Positions 1 through 9,444 of a DNA stretch of 64,000 nt are shown one piece after another; the first letter of the stretch is position 1, and the number at the start of each line of letters is the position of its first letter. Made by a program: the position numbers and the translations under genes. The stretch lies in NCBI GenBank assembly GCA_963662315.1, contig OY759353.1:1600001-1664000 (forward strand), in the 5' to 3' direction. The notes under the pieces are model-generated. The model was given only the letters and a program-made list of their open reading frames with translations. It made no database searches and was not told the origin of the DNA. This stretch comes from Geopsychrobacteraceae bacterium. GTDB lineage: Bacteria > Desulfobacterota > Desulfuromonadia > Desulfuromonadales > Geopsychrobacteraceae.

Positions 1-42
1 AAGAAACAGGGCTATCAACACCAGCAAACCAAATGAAAGGAG

Positions 43-477
43 ATGATCATGATTGATGGCCCTTGCAATATTACCCAGACAGAACAGCAGACCTATATGG
101 ATCTCCCCCAGCAGAACTATTTCCGCCTGGTTCTCGAACAATGGCGCGATCGTCTAATCCTTGAAGTGCAACTGAGCCGCGAGCAACTGAAAAGCGACAC
201 CGATGAAGGGGGCGACATTATCGATCGCAGTGTTCAGGACCACCAGAAGATGATGAACTATATCACCAGCAGTCGTCACGAAAAAAAACTGGCACAAATC
301 AATGCCGCCCTGCGCCGCCTCGCTGATGGCTCCTATGGCTATTGCCTGGTGTCCGGCGAAGAAATCGGCCTGCAACGGTTACGTGCCTACCCACTGGCCA
401 CCTTGTCCGTAGAAATGCAGGAACAACTGGAAAAAAGGGAAAAACAGCGTATCCGCAATTACCAAATGGCAGAGTAA
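43..477 (+). CDS. dksA: DksA/TraR family RNA polymerase-binding protein (single-Cys, probably Zn-independent)
   Basis: Coiled-coil tip GDIIDRS; C-terminal GSYGYCLVSGEEIGLQRLRAYPLATLSVEMQE; AAGGAG RBS. Confidence 0.85.
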   Translation: MIMIDGPCNITQTEQQTYMDLPQQNYFRLVLEQWRDRLILEVQLSREQLKSDTDEGGDIIDRSVQDHQKMMNYITSSRHEKKLAQINAALRRLADGSYGYCLVSGEEIGLQRLRAYPLATLSVEMQEQLEKREKQRIRNYQMAE

Positions 478-492
478 CGCTTCAGCGATGCA

Positions 493-1329
493 TTAAGAAT
501 CACTGTCTCGCAAGGCCAACGATTCTTTATAGACGTCACTGCCAGGCAAATTATAAGCTTTGGCCACCTGCTTAACGATCTGCTTCCAACTCAGATCTGT
601 TTCCTGACGTAATTTCAACAGGGCGTCTGCTACAGACGCCTCTGGTTGAGTCTCTTCGGCCGGCGCCAGAAGCAGAACCAGCTCCCCCTTAACCGCCCTG
701 TCACTAAAAGAAACAAGAGCCTCAGCGACAGTGCCACTAAACACTTCTTCGTGACGTTTGGTCAATTCGCGGGCAATAACCAGTTTTTTGGCAGCGCCAC
801 AAACCGCTTCAAGATCGGCTAGACATTTCAGCAGACGATGGGGCGTTTCATAGCAGGCGACGGTGTGTCTTGCATCCATGAGATCAGTGAAAAACTGGCA
901 GCGAGCCTGCGCTTTGGCAGGAACGAAACCAACAAAACTGAAACTGTCTGTCGGCAGCCCTGAGATACTTAATGCTGAAATTAATGCCGATGCTCCCGGA
1001 ACCGCAACAACATCAACTTCCGCGGCACGGCACTTGGAGATCAGCCGATACCCCGGATCAGCAATACAGGGGGTTCCGGCATCGCTGATCAGAGCCAGAG
1101 AGGCTCCTGAACGCAGTTTTTCAAGCAACTGTAGAGCCCTCTGTTCTTCGTTATGCTCATGATAGGAAATCAGCGGCGTACGGATCGCGTAATGATCGAG
1201 CAAAGTACGGCTGTGTCGGGTATCTTCCGCAGCAATAAGATCTACCTCTTGCAAAACCCTGACCGCGCGGAAGGTAAAATCTTCTAGATTGCCAATCGGG
1301 GTCGCAACGACATATAGGATTCCGTTCAC
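493..1329 (-). CDS. rsmI: 16S rRNA (cytidine1402-2'-O)-methyltransferase
   Basis: LYVVATPIGNLED, AEDTR, SDAGTPCIADPG, ARELTKRHEE; GTG start overlaps the nadE stop (GTGA). Confidence 0.95.
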   Translation of the reverse strand: MNGILYVVATPIGNLEDFTFRAVRVLQEVDLIAAEDTRHSRTLLDHYAIRTPLISYHEHNEEQRALQLLEKLRSGASLALISDAGTPCIADPGYRLISKCRAAEVDVVAVPGASALISALSISGLPTDSFSFVGFVPAKAQARCQFFTDLMDARHTVACYETPHRLLKCLADLEAVCGAAKKLVIARELTKRHEEVFSGTVAEALVSFSDRAVKGELVLLLAPAEETQPEASVADALLKLRQETDLSWKQIVKQVAKAYNLPGSDVYKESLALRDSDS

Positions 1330-3293
1330 CTGAGTTCCTCCACCTGTTTCAGCCACAGATCGACAGCCGCATCGCTCGGCATACGCCAATCCCCACGCGG
1401 GGACAGAGCAACACTACCGACCTTGGGACCATCAGGCAGGCAGGAACGTTTAAACTGCTGACTGAAAAAGCGCCTATAGAACTGCCTGAGCCATTTAAGT
1501 AACTCTTCAGCAGAAAAATCATCAGCAAAAGCAATCTTGGCCAACAACAGAACTTTCGCTGGAGGAAAATGCATACGCACAATCTGGTAGAGATAGAAGT
1601 CATGCAATTCATAAGGGCCGACAACCTGTTCGGTCAATTGCTTGATCTCTCCGGCGGCGGTTGGCGGTAGCAGTTCCGGTGACACCGGGGTTTCACAGAC
1701 ATCATTAAGAACGGTTGAAATACGTCCACTGAATTCTTCCTGAGCACACCAGCTGACCAGATAGCGCACCAGCGTTTTGGGCACACCGGCATTCACCGCA
1801 TACATGGACATGTGATCACCATTGTAAGTACACCAGCCGAGGGCCAATTCGGAAAGATCTCCGGTACCGATGACCAGCCCGCCTACCTGGTTGGCAACAT
1901 CCATAAGAATCTGGGTACGCTCACGGGCCTGACTGTTTTCGTAAGTCACATCATGCTTTTCGGGGTCATGGCCGATATCAGTGAAGTGCTGGCGTACGGC
2001 ACTATCAATTGAGACAATACGCAATTCGGCCCCTAGCAATTCGGCCAATTCTTCAGCGTTGGAACGGGTGCGCGTGGTGGTGCCGAAACCGGGCATGGTC
2101 ATCGCAACAATCCCGCGGCGATCCAGACCTAATTTGTCAAATGCCTTGACCGTTACCAGCATCGCCAAGGTTGAATCAAGACCACCCGAAAGCCCGATAA
2201 CGACATTTTTACAGCCGGTATGCTTCAACCTCTTCGCCAGAGCGCTGGTCTGAATCTGGAAAATTTCGTGACAGCGGGCGGCCCGCTCAGCATTATCCGG
2301 TGGGACAAAAGGCATGCGTTCAACTGGCCGTTTAACCTCCACCTCCTGAGTTAGAGACACGCTGAAAAATTGCACTCGCCAGTCAGAAAGATCCCCAGCA
2401 GCAGCAAAAGTTGTATTCCGCTGCCGTTCGCCCACCAGGCGCTCCACATCAATATCGGCCATAGCCAGCTGACTGCTAAACTGAAACCTTTGCGTCTCGG
2501 TCAGGACCTGGCCATTCTCGGCAATCAGGGAATGGCCACTGAAGACAAGATCCGTACTCGACTCCCCCGGGCCAGCTGAAGCATAGGCATAGGCGGCAAG
2601 GCAGCGTGCCGACTGAGAGGTAACCAGATTCCGCCGGTAACTCTCTTTACCAAGGGTTTCCGGACTGGCGGATAGGTTCAATAGCAATGTTGCACCCGCC
2701 AAAGCCTGCCTGCCGCTGGGAGGTTCAACCGACCATCCATCTTCACAGATTTCGATGCCAATTTTCACATCTGGAAAATTTTCAGCCTGAAACAGCAGAT
2801 CGGTCCCGAACGGAACCTCCTGATTATCAATGGTAACAACAGAAGCGGTGCTAAAAAGAGCTGAACAGAACCAGCGTTGCTCATAAAACTCGCCACAGTT
2901 GGGCAAATAGGTTTTGGGCACCAGCCCAAGAATACGCCCATCGTGAAGAAAAGCGGCACAATTGAATAAGCGTCCATCGACAGCGATCGGTACACCAATG
3001 ATTAAACTGATTTTACGTCCGGCAGTGAATTGTTTGAGCTCGATAAGAGCGGCGCGGGTTGCATTTTGCAGATGGCGCTGAAAAAACAGATCACCACAGG
3101 TATAGCCACTCAGACACAGTTCCGGAAGCAGTAATAGCTGGCAATTGGCGGCTTCAGCCGTTTCAGCCAGCCGCTCGATTTCGCCACGGTTAAACTCGAC
3201 GTCGGCGACCTTCAATTCAGGAGTCGCCACGCCCAGACGGAACAGACCGAAATCAACGGGAGCAAATAATTGAGTAGATAAATGTGCTGACAT
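1326..3293 (-). CDS. nadE: Glutamine-dependent NAD+ synthetase
   Basis: Nitrilase domain (LPELCLSGY, VPKTYLP, EICED) plus synthetase domain (GLSGGLDS, ENSQARERT, GTGDLSE, FKRSCLPDGPKVG). Confidence 0.95.
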   Translation of the reverse strand: MSAHLSTQLFAPVDFGLFRLGVATPELKVADVEFNRGEIERLAETAEAANCQLLLLPELCLSGYTCGDLFFQRHLQNATRAALIELKQFTAGRKISLIIGVPIAVDGRLFNCAAFLHDGRILGLVPKTYLPNCGEFYEQRWFCSALFSTASVVTIDNQEVPFGTDLLFQAENFPDVKIGIEICEDGWSVEPPSGRQALAGATLLLNLSASPETLGKESYRRNLVTSQSARCLAAYAYASAGPGESSTDLVFSGHSLIAENGQVLTETQRFQFSSQLAMADIDVERLVGERQRNTTFAAAGDLSDWRVQFFSVSLTQEVEVKRPVERMPFVPPDNAERAARCHEIFQIQTSALAKRLKHTGCKNVVIGLSGGLDSTLAMLVTVKAFDKLGLDRRGIVAMTMPGFGTTTRTRSNAEELAELLGAELRIVSIDSAVRQHFTDIGHDPEKHDVTYENSQARERTQILMDVANQVGGLVIGTGDLSELALGWCTYNGDHMSMYAVNAGVPKTLVRYLVSWCAQEEFSGRISTVLNDVCETPVSPELLPPTAAGEIKQLTEQVVGPYELHDFYLYQIVRMHFPPAKVLLLAKIAFADDFSAEELLKWLRQFYRRFFSQQFKRSCLPDGPKVGSVALSPRGDWRMPSDAAVDLWLKQVEELR

Positions 3294-3326
3294 AATTTCT
3301 CCGGAACAGGTTAACAAACCTGATGT

Positions 3327-3701
3327 TCAGTCGCTTAGCGAAAACGCATCTTCAATATGCGTGATTTCTGCTGCTGAATACCAACTCTGCCATAAAACGG
3401 CAATGACATCAAACCGCGGTTGCAATTTACCGATATTATGCTGAAGCAGATACCACTGGGCTGCACGAGAGATCTGGCGCTGTTTATGGAATCCGACGGC
3501 ATCCTGAGGAGCACCGAATATGGTTGATCGCCTGGTTTTTACTTCGACAAAAACCAGATGTTTCCTATCACGGGCAATAATATCAATTTCTCCCGCGCGA
3601 CAGCGATAATTGCGCTCCAAGATTTTCAGGCCTTTGTGTTCCAGGTAACTGACCGCCTGCTCCTCCCCCCATTGCCCAAGCTTAAGCCGTGCTTCAGTCA
3701 C
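3327..3701 (-). CDS. yraN: YraN family protein (UPF0102)
   Basis: LGQWGE, GEIDIIA, FVEVKTR, RFDVIAV motifs; downstream of rnhB. Confidence 0.92.
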   Translation of the reverse strand: MTEARLKLGQWGEEQAVSYLEHKGLKILERNYRCRAGEIDIIARDRKHLVFVEVKTRRSTIFGAPQDAVGFHKQRQISRAAQWYLLQHNIGKLQPRFDVIAVLWQSWYSAAEITHIEDAFSLSD

Positions 3702-4344
3702 CAGTCAGCTCCAAATGCTCTTTAACCCCGCCAAAAGTTTTGCGGTGCAGAGGACAAGGCCTGCATGTGGCAATCGCTTCAAGGTGCTGTTTCGTTCCAT
3801 ATCCCTTGTGTTTTGCGAATCCATAATCGGGATACATTTTGTCATAGGTCAGCATAATGCGATCACGGACCACTTTAGCGATAACCGATGCGGCAGCAAC
3901 CGACAGTGATCTGCTGTCTCCCTTCTTCAGAGTTTGTTGATCAATTGTCACCGGCAAAGGGGTAATGCCATCGATCAGTAAAAAATCGGGACTCATTTTA
4001 AGACGTGATAATGCCCTTTTCATAGCCAGCAACGTCGCCTGCAGGATATTGATCTGATCGATTTCTGCGGCAGACGCCACACCAATGCCGACACCAACAG
4101 CCTGGTGCCTGATCAGAGGGAACAGTGCCTCACGCTTCTTTTCACTGAGAGCCTTGGAATCGGTCAGTCCGGGCAGATCAAATGCCTCAGGCAGGATCAC
4201 GGCAGCGGCGACAACCGGTCCGGCCAGAGGGCCTCGCCCCGCTTCGTCAATTCCGGCTATTGAGCGATACCCCTTGCTCAGTGCCTGCTGTTCAAAAAAA
4301 AGTGGTGAGACCTCAGAAGCTGCAAAGAGATTGAGCGTTTCCAT
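3694..4344 (-). CDS. rnhB: Ribonuclease HII
   Basis: GIDEAGRGPLAGPVVAAAV, DSK, KGD, AAASVIAKV, HKGYGT; start set at METLNLF because the upstream extension is a shadow of rplS. Confidence 0.95.
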   Translation of the reverse strand: METLNLFAASEVSPLFFEQQALSKGYRSIAGIDEAGRGPLAGPVVAAAVILPEAFDLPGLTDSKALSEKKREALFPLIRHQAVGVGIGVASAAEIDQINILQATLLAMKRALSRLKMSPDFLLIDGITPLPVTIDQQTLKKGDSRSLSVAAASVIAKVVRDRIMLTYDKMYPDYGFAKHKGYGTKQHLEAIATCRPCPLHRKTFGGVKEHLELTGD

Positions 4345-4359
4345 AAGATGCCTGAATTT

Positions 4360-4395
4360 AAAAAAAAAGCCTCCAGCGTGAAACTGGAGGCTTTT
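4360..4395 (-). terminator. Intrinsic terminator after rplS
   Basis: Minus strand: AAAAGCCTCCAG-tttcacg-CTGGAGGC followed by a long T run. Confidence 0.85.
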
Positions 4396-4414
4396 AAAGT
4401 CAAAAATGTAAAAC

Positions 4415-4762
4415 TTAAACGTTACGCTTTTCAGCGATACGAGCCGCTTTACCGCGCAGGTTACGCAGGTAGTAAAGTTTGGCACGACGAACTTTACCAA
4501 CGCGCATAACTTCGATTTTGTCAATGCTGGGTGAGTGCAGAGGGAAAATACGTTCAACACCAACGTCACCAGACATTTTGCGTACAGTATAAGATGAACC
4601 GAGACCACGGTTAACGCGCTTGATGCAGACGCCTTGGAAAATCTGGATCCGCTGCTTGTCACCCTCGGTGATTTTAACGTGTACCTTCAAGGTATCGCCA
4701 GCTTTAAAACTGGGGATATCCTTTTTAATCTGTTCCATTTCCAGTTTATCAATAATGTTCAT
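4415..4762 (-). CDS. rplS: 50S ribosomal protein L19
   Basis: [32 protein letters not shown]. Confidence 0.98.
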   Translation of the reverse strand: MNIIDKLEMEQIKKDIPSFKAGDTLKVHVKITEGDKQRIQIFQGVCIKRVNRGLGSSYTVRKMSGDVGVERIFPLHSPSIDKIEVMRVGKVRRAKLYYLRNLRGKAARIAEKRNV

Positions 4763-4846
4763 TCCTTTATCCTCCTCGGTTCATTCAGTCCGATTTACTT
4801 TGTAGCTACTTTTAACGTAATTTTGTAACAGCTCCGACCTGATGAA

Positions 4847-5590
4847 CTACCAATCCGAGCCTGTTTCCTGACGTAATTTTTCAATAACCGCTCTGTCACT
4901 ATCACTCAATTCTGCACTCTCCAGTAACTCAGGACGCCTGAGCAACGTTCTTAACAATTGCTGTTCACGACGCCATCGAGCTATACGAGCATGGTCCCCG
5001 GAGAGCAGAACATCGGGAACTCTCATCCCGTTAAACTCAACCGGGCGGGTATATTGAGGATATTCAAGCAGGCCATCAGAAAATGAATCGGTTTCAGCAC
5101 AAGCGCCGGTCCCCAGAACGCCGGGTACGTGCCGGGCAATCGCATCGATCATCACCAGGGCGGGGAGTTCCCCTCCGGTCAGAACGAAATCACCGATTGA
5201 ATATTCTTCATCTATCAGGCTTTGACGTATCCTCTCATCAAACCCTTCATAACGACCGCACACAAAAATCAAACCAGGCTCACCAGCAAGTTCTTTCCCC
5301 CGTTGCTGCGTAAAGGGAATACCCTGAGGAGTCATCAGCAAGACTTTAGCGTGAGGATTTTCATCCCTGAGCTGCCTAAGCGCCCGAGCTACCGGCTCCG
5401 GCTTCATAACCATGCCGTCACCACCACCATAGGGCGAATCATCAGTTGTCTGATGTTTATCGTTGGCCCAATGACGAAGGTTATGAGCCTGAACCTGCAA
5501 ATATCCCTGTTTGATCGCTCTGGCAAGAATACTTTCCTGCAGCGGCGAATCAAACATCGCGGGGAACAGTGTCAATACATCAAACTTCAT
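4847..5590 (-). CDS. trmD: tRNA (guanine37-N1)-methyltransferase
   Basis: DDSPYGGGDGM, CGRYEGFDER, SIGDFVLTGGE, LLEYPQYTRP. Confidence 0.98.
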   Translation of the reverse strand: MKFDVLTLFPAMFDSPLQESILARAIKQGYLQVQAHNLRHWANDKHQTTDDSPYGGGDGMVMKPEPVARALRQLRDENPHAKVLLMTPQGIPFTQQRGKELAGEPGLIFVCGRYEGFDERIRQSLIDEEYSIGDFVLTGGELPALVMIDAIARHVPGVLGTGACAETDSFSDGLLEYPQYTRPVEFNGMRVPDVLLSGDHARIARWRREQQLLRTLLRRPELLESAELSDSDRAVIEKLRQETGSDW

Positions 5591-6119
5591 CATTCCCCTC
5601 AGGGACCAGCCCCTCAGGAAGTACGACAGCCATTATCCGCTTTTCCAGGTCAATCTTTTTTACAAACTGCCTTACCGCCGGAATCAGGACCTCACCGTAA
5701 GGACCATTAACAACATAAGTGTCATGTGCTGCGGTGCTGAGTAAGTCGTCAACCAGCCCCAGAGACCCCCGCTCTTGGTCAACGACTTCAAGTCCGTATA
5801 ATTCCCCCCAGTAATACTCATCATGACTCAGGCCGGGCAATTGATCAGCCCGGATCAGCAAACGAGCACCGACAAGGTCATCAATCAAATTGATTGACTC
5901 ATATCCGGCAAAGCGAAGCAGAAGCTGCCTCTTGTGTAAAACGCTACGACAGACCTCAAGCATTTTCACATGACCGGACACTTGGCATACCTGGACTGTT
6001 TTTACCCCTTTCAAAACATCGGGGTCACCGGATCTTAAATGGATTTTAAGATCACCGCGCAAACCGTGGGTACCAACAACAGTGCCGACTTCGAGCAAAG
6101 CTTCCGCTTCAGTATTCAT
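5580..6119 (-). CDS. rimM: Ribosome maturation factor RimM
   Basis: GTHGLRG, DEYYWGELYGLEV, VLIPAV; position between khpA and trmD. Confidence 0.95.
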   Translation of the reverse strand: MNTEAEALLEVGTVVGTHGLRGDLKIHLRSGDPDVLKGVKTVQVCQVSGHVKMLEVCRSVLHKRQLLLRFAGYESINLIDDLVGARLLIRADQLPGLSHDEYYWGELYGLEVVDQERGSLGLVDDLLSTAAHDTYVVNGPYGEVLIPAVRQFVKKIDLEKRIMAVVLPEGLVPEGNDEV

Positions 6120-6160
6120 CAATACAATTCAAACCGTCTATCCGTCCACCTAAGCCCGGA

Positions 6161-6394
6161 TCACTCCATGATCTGTAAAGCAGCCCGCTTGTTTTCACGC
6201 GTTGCTTTAGCATTAAGCAATGTCCTCATTGCCTTTGCATTACGACCCTGCTTGCCAATAATACGCCCCATATCCTCCTGGGCCGCTGCAAGTTTAATCA
6301 ACACACTTCCATCTTCAGCTACTTCTTCAGAAATGGTGATTTCTTCAGGTTTCTCTACTAAAGATTTTGCAATGTACTCGATCAGGTCTTTCAT
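6161..6394 (-). CDS. khpA: KH domain RNA-binding protein
   Basis: DMGRIIGKQGRNAKAMR; conserved position after rpsP. Confidence 0.92.
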   Translation of the reverse strand: MKDLIEYIAKSLVEKPEEITISEEVAEDGSVLIKLAAAQEDMGRIIGKQGRNAKAMRTLLNAKATRENKRAALQIME

Positions 6395-6452
6395 AGGTCA
6401 TCCTCCGGGTAGTTGCGGGGACGGCGCCCCGGATTCGGACCAGATTCAAGCG

Positions 6453-6728
6453 TTAGGCTTCAGCTACGGCCTTCGTCTTGAACTTGGCCCAGACACCGGC
6501 ATGCTTTAAAAGCCGGCGAACAGTATCAGTCGGCTGAGCACCTTTGTTAAGCCATTCCAAAGCGCGTTCTTGTTTTAAATCCAGCAGAAATTCTTCTTTA
6601 CAAGGATTATACTGGCCCAGGGCCTCAATAAAACGGCCATCCCGAGGGGAACGCTCGTCGGCTACGACAATCCGGTAAACCGGCTTCTTCTTTTGGCCAC
6701 CGCGGGCGAGCCTGATTTTTACTGACAT
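6453..6728 (-). CDS. rpsP: 30S ribosomal protein S16
   Basis: [35 protein letters not shown]. Confidence 0.98.
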   Translation of the reverse strand: MSVKIRLARGGQKKKPVYRIVVADERSPRDGRFIEALGQYNPCKEEFLLDLKQERALEWLNKGAQPTDTVRRLLKHAGVWAKFKTKAVAEA

Positions 6729-6806
6729 GCTTTGTTTCCTCCTGGTTGTTCTTATCTAATGTTGTCTAATTATAGCAAACCGTTTGCCTGCTTCTACACT
6801 CTTGCG

Positions 6807-8159
6807 TCAGAAGGGAAATCCACCTTTTCCACCCATCAACCCTTTAAGGCCTTTGGGTCCCATCTTCTGCATCTTTTTCATCATATTCTGCGCTTCTGTG
6901 AAACGCTTTAACAACTGATTGACATCCTGCACCCTGGTACCACTACCATTGGCGATACGCAGACGACGGGAGCCATTCAGAATTTTATGGTTAAGCCGTT
7001 CCTGAGGCGTCATAGAGCGAATGATTGCTTCAATTTTCTTCAGCTCCTTTTCCGGAAGCTGAGCACCCTGCGCCTGCTTAAGGGCTTTACCAACACCTGG
7101 GATCATTTTCAACAAAGAGTCGACCGATCCCATTTTTTTAATCATCTGCATCTGATCAAGGAAGGTCTCCAGAGTGAAACCATCCTTGCGCAGTTTTTGT
7201 TCCATCGCTGCGGCATCTTCGGCTTCGACCGCTTCCTGAGCCTTTTCGATCAGGCTAAGGACATCTCCCATGCCGAGGATGCGCTGCGCCATGCGATCTG
7301 GATGAAACTGCTCGAGAGCATCAAGCTTTTCACCCATACCGACCAGCTTGATCGGCTTGCCAGTTACCGCCCGAATCGAAAGAGCAGCACCACCACGGGC
7401 ATCACCATCAAGCTTGGTCAGAACGACACCGGTAAGCGGCAGTTGCTCATCAAAGCTGGCAGCGACAGTTACAGCATCCTGACCGGTCATGGCGTCAGCG
7501 ACGAACAATATTTCACGGGGCGCCACCTGAGCAACAATCTGCTTGAGCTCATCCATCAACGCGGTGTCAATGTGTAGGCGTCCGGCGGTATCTAAGATAA
7601 TTGTATCAAACCCATTGAGTTCTGCGTACTCTTTGGCTTTTTTACAGATCTCAACCGGATTTTGTCCGCTTTGAGAATCAAAAACGTCAATATTGAGCTG
7701 CCGCCCTAATGTTTTCAGCTGTTCAATAGCCGCAGGTCGATAAACATCGGCCGGAACCAGCAGCGGGTTACGTTTTTCCTTCCTCAGCTTGCGTGCCAGC
7801 TTACCACAGGAGGTCGTCTTACCAGCGCCCTGCAGACCGCACACCATAAGCGCAACCGGCGGCTTGGCATTCAGGTTAAGAGAGTTATCCTCCCCTTCCC
7901 CCATCAAGATTGCCAACTCTTCACGAACGACCTTGATGACCTGTTGAGCTGGCGTCAGACTTTTGAGAACATCCTGACCAACCGCACGCTCACTCACACG
8001 GGCGACGAAGTCCTTAACGACTTTAAAGTTGACATCAGCCTCAAGCAAAACCAGACGGATTTCCCGCATGGTTTCTTTGATGTGCTGCTCGGTCAACCGA
8101 CCGTGCCCCTTCAGTTTTTTAAAAACTGAATCAAGTTTATCTGAAAGTGTATCGAACAT
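6807..8159 (-). CDS. ffh: Signal recognition particle protein
   Basis: LLEADV, GLQGAGKTT, DTAGR, TKLDGDARGG, M-domain SMTPQER. Confidence 0.98.
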   Translation of the reverse strand: MFDTLSDKLDSVFKKLKGHGRLTEQHIKETMREIRLVLLEADVNFKVVKDFVARVSERAVGQDVLKSLTPAQQVIKVVREELAILMGEGEDNSLNLNAKPPVALMVCGLQGAGKTTSCGKLARKLRKEKRNPLLVPADVYRPAAIEQLKTLGRQLNIDVFDSQSGQNPVEICKKAKEYAELNGFDTIILDTAGRLHIDTALMDELKQIVAQVAPREILFVADAMTGQDAVTVAASFDEQLPLTGVVLTKLDGDARGGAALSIRAVTGKPIKLVGMGEKLDALEQFHPDRMAQRILGMGDVLSLIEKAQEAVEAEDAAAMEQKLRKDGFTLETFLDQMQMIKKMGSVDSLLKMIPGVGKALKQAQGAQLPEKELKKIEAIIRSMTPQERLNHKILNGSRRLRIANGSGTRVQDVNQLLKRFTEAQNMMKKMQKMGPKGLKGLMGGKGGFPF

Positions 8160-8191
8160 AATCCCAATATGGCAAAATTCACGAAAGAACG

Positions 8192-8220
8192 AATATAAAA
8201 ACAGTACTCTTTCTTGTCAA
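8192..8220 (-). promoter_or_regulatory. Sigma70-type promoter for ffh
   Basis: Minus strand TTGACA-17 bp-TATATT, about 30 bp upstream of the ffh ATG. Confidence 0.7.
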
Positions 8221-8247
8221 GGAAAAAGCTTTTACAAACAAGACCTT

Positions 8248-8502
8248 TCAGGGCAGCAAATGCAGCTCACCATCAACCTTCTGCCACAGTTCAATTACGG
8301 AAACGTTTTGCTCATCAAGGAGTCGGCTGACTTCCTGCTGCAACTGAGCAGGAAATTTAATGGCCATTCCACAGTCAGCACTCAACTGCCTTGGCATTGG
8401 AATCACCTTGATTCCCTGCAAAGACGCCTTGAGTATTTTCTCTGCTTTCATCACCCGATGAACGGACTTGAAAACAGCGACAATATCTCCTTCATCAACC
8501 AT
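8248..8502 (-). CDS. DUF3343 family protein (putative Se/S carrier-like)
   Basis: F-x-SVHRVMKAEKILK...IPMPRQLSADCGMAI family pattern. Confidence 0.8.
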   Translation of the reverse strand: MVDEGDIVAVFKSVHRVMKAEKILKASLQGIKVIPMPRQLSADCGMAIKFPAQLQQEVSRLLDEQNVSVIELWQKVDGELHLLP

Positions 8503-8674
8503 AACACACATCCTGAAACTAGCACACCTGGCCCAATCCGGGCGCGCATCATGCCACGTTTAATCTCACCATGCAAGGGATATTGTCAATCTCCTGTAAA
8601 TTTGACAGTTCAGCCGATGGCAGAGTATAAAAAGAAACCTGATCACTGCTTTAAACAAAGGATTCACCCCTCAT

Positions 8675-8932
8675 ATGCAGAGCGAACTCTTGTTACCGTT
8701 AATATCTCTCATTGTTTTTTCCTTCGGCAGCAACCTTCCGCTTGGCTACCTGCGCGCCGGGGCCAAAAGATTTTCCATGCGCTGGTTTGTCCTGATTCAT
8801 CTATCGATCCCCTTTATCATTGCCCTAAGAGGGATGCTCGGTTTCAGTTGGCGCTGGATACCTGTGACCCTTGGCTGCGCCGTCGCCGGACAACTGGTCG
8901 GAACCCGCCTTGCACACAGAGCTCAGCCATGA
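8675..8932 (+). CDS. Small three-TM membrane protein
   Basis: Hydrophobic 85-aa ORF (NLPLGYLR..WFVLIHLSIP); ATGA overlap with the next gene; TTGACA-18-TATAAA at 8602-8631. Confidence 0.75.
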   Translation: MQSELLLPLISLIVFSFGSNLPLGYLRAGAKRFSMRWFVLIHLSIPFIIALRGMLGFSWRWIPVTLGCAVAGQLVGTRLAHRAQP

Positions 8933-9438
8933 GTAAAGACAAGCGACCACCCATGAAGCAGGCCGAGAGAATTGGCAGCCTGCTGCAACAAATGCTTAAA
9001 CAATCCGAGCTGGGGCACCAGCTGAGCCGCCACCAGGCGTGGCTGATCTGGGACAAACTGGTCGGCAAGCAGATCGCCCTGCGGGCCAGACCGCTGCGCA
9101 TAAGAAAAGGCATCCTTGAAGTCCAGGTCGATCACCCGGTCTGGATGCAGCAACTGCAAATGCTGAAACCACAAATCCTCAAACGCCTTGCAGAAATGGC
9201 ACCAAATGCAGGAATTGAAGACATCTATCTGCGCCAGACAAGCAAAGCTTCCAAAACTGTAGCTCCGGCAGCCAAAACATCAACAGAACTGCCGAGCTGG
9301 CTCAAAGAAGAATTATCCCCGGAAGAAATACGTCGTATTGATGCCGACCTGCAGGACATTAAAGACCCTGATCTTAAAGCAGAGATGCGCAAGCTCTACA
9401 TGCGCCACGCGCAGCTACGACAATTCCGCAACAGGTAG
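8929..9438 (+). CDS. dciA: DciA/DUF721 family protein (replicative helicase loader-like)
   Basis: W-x-x-LVG-x-QIA...G-I-LEVQVDHPVWMQQL...IL-x-x-L pattern. Confidence 0.8.
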   Translation: MSKDKRPPMKQAERIGSLLQQMLKQSELGHQLSRHQAWLIWDKLVGKQIALRARPLRIRKGILEVQVDHPVWMQQLQMLKPQILKRLAEMAPNAGIEDIYLRQTSKASKTVAPAAKTSTELPSWLKEELSPEEIRRIDADLQDIKDPDLKAEMRKLYMRHAQLRQFRNR

Positions 9439-9444
9439 CACCAC

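Noticed and set aside
4345..4662. N-terminal extension of rnhB in the ORF track
   Set aside because: Out-of-frame shadow of rplS that runs through its terminator
8029..8928. N-terminal 300 aa of the 469-aa ORF 8029..9438
   Set aside because: It overlaps ffh, the DUF3343 gene and a membrane ORF; only the part from ATG 8929 looks like a real protein
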